IMG/VR virus record: IMGVR_UViG_2511231131_000001
Origin: a virus
Lineage: Duplodnaviria > Heunggongvirae > Uroviricota > Caudoviricetes
Direction: 5' to 3' (one strand)
Length of the DNA stretch: 64,000 nt
Part shown: positions 42,047-50,941 of the stretch, piece by piece
Numbering within the stretch: the first letter of the stretch is position 1
Layout: every line of letters starts with the position of its first letter
The notes under the pieces: generated by a model
What the model was told of the DNA's origin: nothing
The model's input: the letters and a program-made list of their open reading frames with translations, nothing else
Database searches by the model: none
Translations under genes and position numbers: made by a program

Positions 42047-42658
42047 TCAAAGAGAAAAACTAAAGCCCAGAAGGGAAGCCAAAGAACTTGAGGATTGGTT
42101 AAACGTGCTGTGCAATGCGAAGGTCATTGGGAATGACTTAAATTCCGTAACCTGATCCCGCGCATAGGTGACATCGCCGGTAGTGACCGGGAATACAGTC
42201 ATCTCATTTTCCAGTTTGGTTAAGCCGGAAGACAGCAACCGATAAATACGCACATTGAGCAAATATTTAGACGGTATATTCCCGGTACCGTCTGGATTAA
42301 TCACCCGACTTTTTGCCGTCTTAAACCAGTCCAAAACGAGGCCATCAACGGTATCCCTGACCATCATTGTTATCTGCCCTGGCGAACGCTCCGTTGGTTG
42401 AAGGATATTCCCTCCGCCGATTTTAATCGTTTCATATTCGATGCTGTAATCGTGGTAGGTAATGTCTTTAGCAAAGAAGTCTGCCCCCTCCAGACCATCA
42501 ACTTCGACAGAGAACTGCCATCCTTGCGCGAACAGCATTTTGTTCATGATGATTGACGTCAGCTTACCAACTTCCCGCTCACCAACGCCGGAGCCAAATA
42601 ATGTCGTCGTTAATGCCGAAGATACATAAGACTTTACTGAAGCAACATTAAGCCCCAT
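42047..42658 (-). CDS. tub: Putative tail tube protein (tub position)
   Basis: 203-aa ORF between pmgB-like and pmgC-like genes. Confidence 0.4.
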   Translation of the reverse strand: MGLNVASVKSYVSSALTTTLFGSGVGEREVGKLTSIIMNKMLFAQGWQFSVEVDGLEGADFFAKDITYHDYSIEYETIKIGGGNILQPTERSPGQITMMVRDTVDGLVLDWFKTAKSRVINPDGTGNIPSKYLLNVRIYRLLSSGLTKLENEMTVFPVTTGDVTYARDQVTEFKSFPMTFALHSTFNQSSSSLASLLGFSFSL

Positions 42659-42668
42659 ATCAGCCCCC

Positions 42669-43259
<591 letters not shown>

Positions 43260-43277
43260 TTAACCGATTCTACGAGT

Positions 43278-43287
43278 AGTCATTTGT
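43278..43287 (-). promoter_or_regulatory. Candidate late promoter element upstream of pmgC (ACAAATGACT, 9/10, followed by TAGAAT)
   Basis: Read on the minus strand. Confidence 0.3.
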
Positions 43288-43390
43288 TCATTGAGTAGGA
43301 ATATTGTTGTCTGGGGGGTAATCAGTGTAGGTGGAATGAGGGATATGATATGGTTATCACATAATCAGGTTGTTTTGAGTAAAACAATAA

Positions 43391-43410
43391 AACGCCCTTT
43401 AATGGGCGTT
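43391..43410. terminator. Bidirectional Rho-independent terminator (AACGCCC-tttaat-GGGCGTT then T7)
   Basis: 7-bp stem with flanking A/T runs, between simC and pmgC. Confidence 0.7.
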
Positions 43411-43443
43411 TTTTTAAACTTAAATTGACTATCCTTTCAAATA

Positions 43444-44223
43444 CTATTTTAATTCTATGTAATTTTTAAATTCTCCCTCATATTTATACATGATGCTATC
43501 AAATCCTTCCATTACATCAACGAATTGTTGTGAACATTCCGGCTTCCAAGGCGTACACTTACGAACCATATCCATTTTTTTCTTATCCTTCGTTGTATCG
43601 ACTAAGGATAGGTACCCTATAAAATTCATCATCTGAACAGGATCTTGATTTGTGAATATATATTTGACGTTTTGCTTAGTAGGCGAAAAAGAATCAAAAG
43701 CAGGGAACATATATTCACCAGAAAAAGAGAGTGCAGCATCAATGACGTCTGTTGCAGGAGTGCAGTTGCTCAGAATTGGCACTAAGCTAAAATTAGCACC
43801 TGAGCACACTGCATATATATCATCCCCTTTTTTTAGTTTTAACAGAGAGTCTTGCTTTGAATCCAATATTTTCAATTTGATATAATTTAGTGGCGTTGCA
43901 TTTTCCCCTGGAGTAAATAACTCTACAATTGGTTTATTATTCACCATTCTTATGGATTTTATTTCACCATACACAATTGGAATTGTGTTCCATTTTTCCT
44001 GAGCAGCAAATTCATTATCTTTAAAATCATTAACCAACTCAGATGGCAAATGATAACCAAATTGATTGTTCATTGCTTTCGAAGCAAATCCAGACAAATA
44101 GAATGCCCTTACTAAATCATAATCTTTCTTTGAGGTAGAAAGCCAATCTGGCAATTTATTATCAGCTATCGCGCTTCCAGCAAAAATAGCACAACAAAAT
44201 GTTATTACATTAAATAATTTCAT
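43444..44223 (-). CDS. simC: SimC-like secreted superinfection-exclusion protein
   Basis: Signal peptide MKLFNVITFCCAIFAGSAIA; alternative starts at 44238 and 44256; sim locus position after pmgC as in P1. Confidence 0.5.
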   Translation of the reverse strand: MKLFNVITFCCAIFAGSAIADNKLPDWLSTSKKDYDLVRAFYLSGFASKAMNNQFGYHLPSELVNDFKDNEFAAQEKWNTIPIVYGEIKSIRMVNNKPIVELFTPGENATPLNYIKLKILDSKQDSLLKLKKGDDIYAVCSGANFSLVPILSNCTPATDVIDAALSFSGEYMFPAFDSFSPTKQNVKYIFTNQDPVQMMNFIGYLSLVDTTKDKKKMDMVRKCTPWKPECSQQFVDVMEGFDSIMYKYEGEFKNYIELK

Positions 44224-44230
44224 TTTCCAT

Positions 44231-44548
44231 TCACTCATTAATCGGTTTAAACTCACTAATTAATTCACCAAGACTATTTGGGTATGCTTTATAAATAACA
44301 TACTCCGAAGAGCCATCTGAATATTGGTAAACCCCATAACAGACCAGTTTATTTATTCCTTTCTGAATAGTTTTTTGATTATAAGAATCAACCACTGTTA
44401 TTCCATATGACGATAATATTTCGTTATATTCTTCAATAAGAGCTTTTCTTGTTTCCACTGAATTACAATCTACCTTCGAAAAGTCAACTTCATCAGCAAA
44501 AACATTAAATGTTAAAAAGGAAAGCACTAAAAACAAACGAATCAGCAT
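44231..44548 (-). CDS. simB: SimB-like secreted protein
   Basis: Signal peptide MLIRLFLVLSFLTFNVFA; RBS AGGAG before ATG 44548. Confidence 0.45.
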   Translation of the reverse strand: MLIRLFLVLSFLTFNVFADEVDFSKVDCNSVETRKALIEEYNEILSSYGITVVDSYNQKTIQKGINKLVCYGVYQYSDGSSEYVIYKAYPNSLGELISEFKPINE

Positions 44549-44569
44549 AAATCCACTCCTACGCATGGA

Positions 44570-44701
44570 TTAATAGTCATTGATCGCAAAGGCGTAAACT
44601 TGCCAAAGGTATTTCGTATAATCGGTACAAATCTCCTTTACGCTTGATGCTGCATTAACAGTCCCAGCCATAAATAATAACGATAGTAATAGTTTTCTCA
44701 T
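44570..44701 (-). CDS. simA: SimA-like small secreted peptide
   Basis: 43-aa ORF MRKLLLSLLFMAGTVNAASS..., below the ORF-track size cut-off, found by manual translation. Confidence 0.3.
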   Translation of the reverse strand: MRKLLLSLLFMAGTVNAASSVKEICTDYTKYLWQVYAFAINDY

Positions 44702-44797
44702 TATAACCTCACCTGCCTTATAACCCATTTAGGGTACATATTTTCGCCTTTAAAAAAAAGAGGTTATTAGATCCAACTGTGTATTTATTAAGCAGAT

Positions 44798-44814
44798 AAT
44801 GCTCTAATAAATTT
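44798..44814 (+). promoter_or_regulatory. C1 operator-like site (AATGCTCTAATAAATTT, 16/17) at the immI promoter (Op51 position)
   Basis: Match to the C1 operator consensus upstream of the c4-icd-ant region. Confidence 0.6.
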
Positions 44815-44974
44815 GTATTTTTAAGTCACGAATGCTATCTTTTCGCATCATATTGACCTTTTAATCGTTCAGGCTTATAGTTCCGCCGTCGTAGCAAATT
44901 CTGCGACCGGGTTTAGCAGCCTGAATGATTGTGCGGACAGCCGCAGATATCCGATATTGCGGTATTTTTGTGTC

Positions 44975-45060
44975 CGTAAAACCGCGTTACGCCCAAATTA
45001 TGGTGGGGCGTGATGGGGAGGCTTCGGCCTGCTGGTTTCACAATCGCCAGTCTGCTAACC
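44975..45060 (+). ncRNA. c4: Putative c4-like antisense RNA region of immI (approximate bounds)
   Basis: Located between the operator and icd; contains TCACAATC (45038-45045) complementary to GATTGTGA (45111-45118) just upstream of the icd RBS. Confidence 0.3.
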
Positions 45061-45128
45061 CCGTCACGTCCTGCCACCTGTTTAGCAGCGGGTAGCAGGT
45101 TGTTAAACCTGATTGTGAGGCCGTAACT

Positions 45129-45350
45129 ATGGTTAATGCCAATCCTTGCGCACGCCCAGAATTCATCTGGCGTTTCTATTCCTGTAAAAAACACCACTAT
45201 CACTTCGTTATCGCAGCAACTGAAGACGAAGCACGCTCTCAATTGCCTGATGGCCCCTGCATTTTTACTGCCCGTTTTTCAACTAACTCGCGCAATTCAC
45301 TTAGTTACTGGAGCCTCCCCTTCTCTGCCGACGTTCAGGGGGGTTTATGA
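45129..45350 (+). CDS. icd: Icd-like small protein translationally coupled to ant
   Basis: 73-aa ORF whose stop overlaps the ant ATG (ATGA); size matches P1 Icd. Confidence 0.55.
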   Translation: MVNANPCARPEFIWRFYSCKKHHYHFVIAATEDEARSQLPDGPCIFTARFSTNSRNSLSYWSLPFSADVQGGL

Positions 45351-46390
45351 AAAAACCTCTCGTCACCCGTAATGACATAGCCGAAGCGATCGCCCTGCAT
45401 ACTGCCTGTATACCGACACGGGAGATCCCCGGCGCAATTGCCAACTATTTCATGATAACCAGGCGTTTTTATACCCGAACAGATAAGGCTGTGATCAACA
45501 GGCTACTGATAGCCGAGATCAGGGATTATTTGATTGAACAAGGACGTCTACGTTACGCAACGGTGGCAGCAGAAATGAGAAAGGAGGCACATAGAATGAC
45601 CAGTAATAATTTGAATGTTAAAAAACCAGCACCTGTTGCTTCAGCAACGCCAGCACCAGCCGTGAATGTCATCCCCACCACCGGAGACACAATCGACAGC
45701 CTGACACTGTTAAAGATGGTCAATGAAGCGCGTAAGTTATGTGGGGAACCAGAGGTTCGGAACAACAAATTCATCGAAAAAATACTCGACGAATTAGAAG
45801 GTGAGGACGGTTACACAAAAAGTGCAACCGTGCCGCCAGGTGGCGGTACGCCTATGGTTGTCATAACCATGACCTACAAACAAGCCCTGCGAGTCGCCGC
45901 GCGCGAATCGAAAGCGGTCCGCCGTTCGCTGATCGACAAACTGGAAGAATTGCAGCAGGCAAACTCCCCTACCCCATCGATCCCCCAAACATTACCAGAA
46001 GCCCTACGCCTGGCTGCCGAGTTGGCAGAACAGAAATTGCAGCTGGAACAACAGCTGGTGGCCGCAGCCCCTAAAGTCGATTTTGCCGACCGGGTATCAG
46101 TGGCTAATGGAATCCTGATCGGGAACTTTGCAAAGGTCGTTGGACTTAAGCAAAACGCCCTTTTCTCATGGTTGCGCCAGAACGGCATTCTCATGGCTTT
46201 TGGTGCGCGCAAAAACGTACCGCGCCAGCAGTACATTAACGCCGGGTATTTCACGGTGAAAGAAGTGGTGCTGGATGATGAAAATGGCTACCAGATACGG
46301 CTGACGCCCCAATTAACGGGTAAAGGCCAGCAGTGGTTAACTCGCAAGCTACTTGATGCTGGTTTGTTAAAACCAGTAGCAATAGGTTAA
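45347..46390 (+). CDS. ant1: Antirepressor Ant
   Basis: 347 aa; C-terminal region shares an extended motif with KilA (PEALRLAAELAEQK...YFT.KE...LT.KGQ.WL..LLDAG); immI position. Confidence 0.7.
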   Translation: MKKPLVTRNDIAEAIALHTACIPTREIPGAIANYFMITRRFYTRTDKAVINRLLIAEIRDYLIEQGRLRYATVAAEMRKEAHRMTSNNLNVKKPAPVASATPAPAVNVIPTTGDTIDSLTLLKMVNEARKLCGEPEVRNNKFIEKILDELEGEDGYTKSATVPPGGGTPMVVITMTYKQALRVAARESKAVRRSLIDKLEELQQANSPTPSIPQTLPEALRLAAELAEQKLQLEQQLVAAAPKVDFADRVSVANGILIGNFAKVVGLKQNALFSWLRQNGILMAFGARKNVPRQQYINAGYFTVKEVVLDDENGYQIRLTPQLTGKGQQWLTRKLLDAGLLKPVAIG

Positions 46391-46401
46391 CAAAAGAAAA
46401 A

Positions 46402-46423
46402 ACCTGCCAGCAAACTGGCAGGT
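46402..46423 (+). terminator. Rho-independent terminator after ant (ACCTGCCAG-caaa-CTGGCAGGT then TTCT)
   Basis: 9-bp stem. Confidence 0.6.
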
Positions 46424-46457
46424 TTCTGAGCAGATCGACCAACCCGATCTGGATCGA

Positions 46458-46474
46458 GTCAGAAAAATTTGCTC
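46458..46474 (+). promoter_or_regulatory. C1 operator-like site (TTTGCTCTAATAAATTT, 16/17) upstream of kilA (Op53 position)
   Basis: Match to the C1 operator consensus. Confidence 0.6.
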
Positions 46475-46553
46475 TAATAAATTTCGTTTTCTAAGTGCAA
46501 AGAATCACCATTTCGAGCTGGTGATTGAAGGTTGATGCAAATTTGGAGAAAAA

Positions 46554-47354
46554 ATGCAACAAACATTCAATGCGGATATGAATATATCAAACCTTCATCA
46601 AAATGTCGATCCTTCAACCACTCTGCCTGTTATTTGTGGTGTTGAAATTACGACCGACCGCGCTGGCCGTTACAACCTTAATGCTCTACACAGAGCGAGC
46701 GGACTCGGTGCCCATAAAGCGCCAGCTCAATGGCTAAGAACGCTGTCAGCCAAACAGCTCATCGAAGAGCTTGAAAAAGAAACTATGCAGAATTGCATAG
46801 TTTCGTTCGAAGGCCGTGGCGGCGGCACTTTTGCCCATGAATTGCTCGCTGTGGAGTACGCAGGCTGGATTTCTCCCGCGTTTCGGCTGAAGGTAAACCA
46901 GACATTTATCGACTATCGAGCCGGAAGATTACAACCTGCTATTCCGCAGAGTCTCCCTGAAGCTCTCCGTTTGGCTGCCGACCTGGCAGAGCAAAAGCAA
47001 CGGCTGGAGCAAAAAATGCTTATGGATGCACCTAAAGTCGAATTCGCCGAACGCGTTGCTACCGCCAGCGGGGTTCTAATCGGCAACTATGCCAAAGTGC
47101 TCGGTCTGGGCCAAAACTATCTCTTCACCTGGTTGCGTGATAACGGAATTCTGATCGCAACCGGTGAACGCAGGAACGTCCCCAAACAAGAATACATATC
47201 CCGTGGGTATTTCACCCTTAAAGAAACCGTGATCGATACAAGCAATGGAAGCAGGATTTCTTTCACGACTCGTATAACCGGCAAAGGTCAGAAGTGGCTG
47301 ATGAAGCGATTGCTTGATGCTGGTGTGCTGGTACCTGTCGCGGCAACGCGCTAA
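46554..47354 (+). CDS. kilA: KilA (KilA-N domain protein)
   Basis: 266 aa; C-terminus homologous to the Ant C-terminus; precedes repL as in P1. Confidence 0.7.
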   Translation: MQQTFNADMNISNLHQNVDPSTTLPVICGVEITTDRAGRYNLNALHRASGLGAHKAPAQWLRTLSAKQLIEELEKETMQNCIVSFEGRGGGTFAHELLAVEYAGWISPAFRLKVNQTFIDYRAGRLQPAIPQSLPEALRLAADLAEQKQRLEQKMLMDAPKVEFAERVATASGVLIGNYAKVLGLGQNYLFTWLRDNGILIATGERRNVPKQEYISRGYFTLKETVIDTSNGSRISFTTRITGKGQKWLMKRLLDAGVLVPVAATR

Positions 47355-47383
47355 CAGACGTAGTAAGAACCACCAGCATTGTA

Positions 47384-48229
47384 ATGCTGGCTAAAGTCAC
47401 TTTCCTGAGCTGTATAACGATGAGCGATTTTACTTTTTCTGGCTATGAATTGGCCTGCTTTGTAACACACTCCGGTCTATCCCGTAGCGCCGGGCATATC
47501 CTGTCGCAATGTGCAAATCTAGCGGCAACAACCAGTGAATACTTCATTCACAAGCCTCACCGCCTGATCGCGGCAGAAACTGGTTATAGCCAATCAACCG
47601 TCGTTCGTGCATTCCGTGAAGCTGTAAACAAAGGAATTCTGTCTGTAGAGATTGTTATCGGCGATCACCATGAACGTCGCGCTAACCTGTACCGGTTTAC
47701 ACCATCCTTTTTGGCCTTCGCACAACAAGCCAAAAATGCGCTGATTGAAAGCAAATTAAAGATCTCTTCAGCGGCAACCAAGGTTAAAGCTGTTCTCGCT
47801 AAGACATTGGCTTTATTTAATTTTTTATCCACACCCCCATGTCAAAATGATACCCCCTCCCCCTGTCAGGATGACGTGGCAATAAAGAATAAGAAGTCAC
47901 AAGTTAAAAAAACAAAAAGATCAGTTTCCGGCGGTGCCGGAACGAGCAGACTCAAAAAATTGACTTCATGGATCGCTGAGGCAAAAGCAAAGGCTGACAA
48001 TCTGCGGTTATCCAAAAAACGCGCTCAAAAACATGAGTTCAAGCAGAAAGTAGAGGCGGCAGCGCGGAAATATGCTTACCTGAAGAACAAGCGTTCTCCT
48101 GATATTGGCGGGGTATCAAACTTCGATAATTTGCCGCATTGCATGACGGTAAACGAAGCTCTTAATGCGATTTTAGCCAAAAATAAAGATAACGAAAAAT
48201 GGGGTATACCGGCAGGATTCAGGGGGTGA
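47384..48229 (+). CDS. repL: RepL lytic replication initiator
   Basis: 281 aa, downstream of kilA under the same C1-controlled promoter; size and position match P1 RepL. Confidence 0.7.
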   Translation: MLAKVTFLSCITMSDFTFSGYELACFVTHSGLSRSAGHILSQCANLAATTSEYFIHKPHRLIAAETGYSQSTVVRAFREAVNKGILSVEIVIGDHHERRANLYRFTPSFLAFAQQAKNALIESKLKISSAATKVKAVLAKTLALFNFLSTPPCQNDTPSPCQDDVAIKNKKSQVKKTKRSVSGGAGTSRLKKLTSWIAEAKAKADNLRLSKKRAQKHEFKQKVEAAARKYAYLKNKRSPDIGGVSNFDNLPHCMTVNEALNAILAKNKDNEKWGIPAGFRG

Positions 48230-48279
48230 TAGATTGCTCTAATCTGGAGTCACCTGGCGTTTTCAGTTTGAGGTCGGAG

Positions 48280-48525
48280 ATGCAATCTGATTTTTTACAG
48301 TTAGCGATCGCTTTTGCAGGATATGTTTGTATTGGCTTCTGTGTATACATGATCAGCCGAAAAATGCTTGTCGATATCGACCGCAAAGAACGAGCAGAGG
48401 AGATCTTAGTATGGATTTTCTTTGGCGCGGTCTGGCCATTAGGGATCATGTTTGCTGCAACATTTCTTCTGATGTGGATATTCACCCTTCCAGGTGATTT
48501 CTATAGAAAAAAAGCCAGACATTGA
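48280..48525 (+). CDS. Small membrane protein
   Basis: About 81 aa with two hydrophobic segments (LAIAFAGYVCIGFCVYMI; VWIFFGAVWPLGIMFAATFLLMWIF). Confidence 0.4.
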   Translation: MQSDFLQLAIAFAGYVCIGFCVYMISRKMLVDIDRKERAEEILVWIFFGAVWPLGIMFAATFLLMWIFTLPGDFYRKKARH

Positions 48526-48584
48526 TACAATCGTTGCGGGTGCTTGAGGCTATCTGCTTCAGGCATTACCCGAAAAGCAGATAG

Positions 48585-48655
48585 AAGAAAGCCCCAGATA
48601 ACATTACGCGTCCTGCAAGACGCTTAACATTAATCTGAGGCCATATCTATGCTTA
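48585..48655 (-). ncRNA. sok: Putative Sok-like antisense RNA region (approximate), opposite the mok translation initiation region
   Basis: Inferred from hok/sok family architecture; boundaries not determined from sequence. Confidence 0.25.
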
Positions 48656-48855
48656 GCATACGTAGATTAGCCTCTTACCGACCAAAAGGTCAAGGAGAAG
48701 CAGGCTATGAAGCAGCAAAAAGCGATGTTAATCGCTCTGATCGTCATCTGTTTAACCGTCATTGTGACGGCACTGGTAACGAGGAAAGACCTCTGCGAGG
48801 TACGAATCCGAACCGGCCAGACGGAGGTCACTGTCTTCACAGCCTACGAATCTGA
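48649..48855 (+). CDS. mok: Mok-like overlapping reading frame
   Basis: 68-aa ORF overlapping hok in another frame and ending near the hok stop. Confidence 0.5.
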   Translation: MLSIRRLASYRPKGQGEAGYEAAKSDVNRSDRHLFNRHCDGTGNEERPLRGTNPNRPDGGHCLHSLRI

Positions 48856-48862
48856 AAGGTAA
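48707..48862 (+). CDS. hok: Hok/Gef-family type I toxin
   Basis: 51 aa MKQQKAMLIALIVICLTVIVTALVTRKDLCEVRIRTGQTEVTVFTAYESER; N-terminal TM helix and conserved LTR..LCE.R....EV..F.AYES signature. Confidence 0.85.
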   Translation: MKQQKAMLIALIVICLTVIVTALVTRKDLCEVRIRTGQTEVTVFTAYESER

Positions 48863-48940
48863 GAGACCTGGCGGGGAGAGATCCTCGCCACTCTTCGTGT
48901 GTCAGGTATCCTCAATGCACCCTTTCCTCTCCAAATAAAA

Positions 48941-48958
48941 AAGCTCCCGAAGGAGCTT
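48941..48958 (-). terminator. Rho-independent terminator (AAGCTCC-cgaa-GGAGCTT) with U-run on the minus strand, after the structural gene ending at 48979
   Basis: 7-bp stem; T-run on the minus-strand side. Confidence 0.6.
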
Positions 48959-48978
48959 TAAAATACAAGGGATGACTC

Positions 48979-49488
48979 TTAATCCCACTCAATCCAGTTG
49001 TAGACGATACGAAGTGACGGGCGCACAGCGGCAGTCACATCTTCGGTACTAAAGTCGATTGCATCACTGTAGATTTTGCAGTCCAACATTTCAATTGTTG
49101 TAGCAGCTTTTGTCACAGCGTTAACCCCGGAAGATTTGGATTCAGGGGTAGCAGCCATCGTGATATCAACATAGTCCTTCGCCGCAATGCGATCCTTGAT
49201 GAACTGAAGAATATCGCCTTCGATAGTCTCCACGCACTGGACCTGGATTTCCCCAGAGTTTCGAATTGGTCCGTGCTGGTTGAACTTCACACCATTCGGA
49301 CCATAGTCCTCCACATCCTCGCGGGTCATTTCAGGAATTTGCGACGTGCGAACCAGTACGCTGATATCTTCATGGCCTGCAAAAGTGAGCTGGAATTCAG
49401 AAGATACCAGTCGTTCGCCTTTGGCCGCGTTGGCAGTATAGCGGCCCTTAATAAATTTACGGTTTCCCTTAGTGTTATTGTGCCCCAT
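48979..49488 (-). CDS. Putative tail/baseplate structural protein
   Basis: 169-aa ORF in the late structural cluster. Confidence 0.45.
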   Translation of the reverse strand: MGHNNTKGNRKFIKGRYTANAAKGERLVSSEFQLTFAGHEDISVLVRTSQIPEMTREDVEDYGPNGVKFNQHGPIRNSGEIQVQCVETIEGDILQFIKDRIAAKDYVDITMAATPESKSSGVNAVTKAATTIEMLDCKIYSDAIDFSTEDVTAAVRPSLRIVYNWIEWD

Positions 49489-49499
49489 ATAAAATCCTT

Positions 49500-50081
49500 T
49501 TACTGGAACGCCCGAACAATATCGGAGCTGTTATATATCGAAGAACCGGTCAACTGGAGGTTGACGGTGTTTTTCAGGAAATGCCCATTGCTGTCCCTGG
49601 GCGCATCGAGATCGAAACTTATGTCCTGGATAGCGACATCAATGATGTTGATCCGGCGACCAATGTTTAGCGTCACGCGCTCCGGGATTCGACCACCAAT
49701 ACTGGCATCTTTAAGTTCCGGGCTAATCATCGCTGACAATGCGGCGATAGCTCCTGAAACCTCCGTGAATGGGTCAAACAAAGCGATGAAAGTTACTGGC
49801 AGCGTGAAAGTCGGCGGTGTTCCCCCTTCCCAAACCATTAAGCTGTTCCAACGGGCAACCGACGTTGTTTCAGTACCAACCTGCGCAAAACCACTGAAGG
49901 CACCAGCAACAGATCCCATGGACATACCGGTAAACGGCGCTTCCCAATTCTGGGCCATGTTCATTGCCGCCCCCTGGCTGATATATCCGGTAACCTGGTA
50001 CTGAGAGTTCGTTAAAGTAACTTTCAGAAATGGCGATACACCGTCAGCCTGGCTGTAAACCCCATAAGGAATAGGTGCCAT
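49500..50081 (-). CDS. Putative late structural protein
   Basis: 193-aa ORF, same operon. Confidence 0.45.
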   Translation of the reverse strand: MAPIPYGVYSQADGVSPFLKVTLTNSQYQVTGYISQGAAMNMAQNWEAPFTGMSMGSVAGAFSGFAQVGTETTSVARWNSLMVWEGGTPPTFTLPVTFIALFDPFTEVSGAIAALSAMISPELKDASIGGRIPERVTLNIGRRINIIDVAIQDISFDLDAPRDSNGHFLKNTVNLQLTGSSIYNSSDIVRAFQ

Positions 50082-50116
50082 TCAAGTTAAAGGCCGGAGT
50101 TCTCCGGCCTCCTCCT

Positions 50117-50932
50117 TTAGCCAAGGCGCTTACGGCGCAGTTTCATTGACTTTTTGCGGGCAAGTTTTGCCGCGCCGGTCTGGGCTTTTCGACGCGCTTT
50201 TTTCAGCGCCGATTTTTGAGCCGCAGTCAGACGTTTTTTACGCAGGCGTTTACGGATGAGTTTGATCTCACCGTTACGAACAACCTTCTTAAATGCTTCA
50301 GTCAGCATTTCATCAGAAGTGCCAGCAACAACAAACGCCGCTTCTAGTTCGTCGCGGTCGTCGCTATCTAAACCAGCGATAGAGGCACCAACATCAGCAG
50401 CTGCGTCGTCGTCTTCATCGTCAGCCAGTGCTTCGATCAGGTCATCATCTACACCGCATGCTGCGAGGAAGTCAGCAACATTTGCCCATGCTTCGTTATA
50501 GGCATCGTCCTGTTCTTCTGAAACTTCGGAGTCGTCGTCATCAGAGATACCAGCGATAGCCTGAACGAAACCATCAAGGGAGTCGAAAGTCAGATCACCG
50601 CTATCAGCCCAGGCGAAAACGGCGTCGGCCGCATCACTCAACGCATTTTGCATAGCACTTCGATTTGCAGCTTCCAGAATCATCTGGTGCGCCTGTTCGA
50701 CGGTCCATTCTTTACCGTCTTTCCCTTCCAGGATTTGCTCAGGAGCCTGGGCAGATGGAACGTTATCGTTAGTCTGTGCCGCCGGTTCCGGATTATTATT
50801 AATAACCGGATCTGTTGGCGGTTCAGCGCTTGCTCGGGCAGACTCCATCAGCTGCACAGGATCAGAGTTCAAAGCGAAACGAGACAGTCCATTCCCCAAA
50901 AATGCCCCGGATTGAAAAAAGTTTTTGCTCAT
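50117..50932 (-). CDS. Acidic protein with basic C-terminal tail (scaffold-like or tail-associated)
   Basis: 271 aa; Asp/Glu-rich middle and Lys/Arg-rich C-terminus (KKRLTAAQKSALKKARRKAQ). Confidence 0.45.
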   Translation of the reverse strand: MSKNFFQSGAFLGNGLSRFALNSDPVQLMESARASAEPPTDPVINNNPEPAAQTNDNVPSAQAPEQILEGKDGKEWTVEQAHQMILEAANRSAMQNALSDAADAVFAWADSGDLTFDSLDGFVQAIAGISDDDDSEVSEEQDDAYNEAWANVADFLAACGVDDDLIEALADDEDDDAAADVGASIAGLDSDDRDELEAAFVVAGTSDEMLTEAFKKVVRNGEIKLIRKRLRKKRLTAAQKSALKKARRKAQTGAAKLARKKSMKLRRKRLG

Positions 50933-50941
50933 TGTATTCCC

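Noticed and set aside
44913-45242. 109-aa minus-strand ORF in the immI leader
   Set aside because: Overlaps the c4/icd leader region where an antisense RNA mechanism is expected; Cys-rich low-complexity translation; likely spurious.
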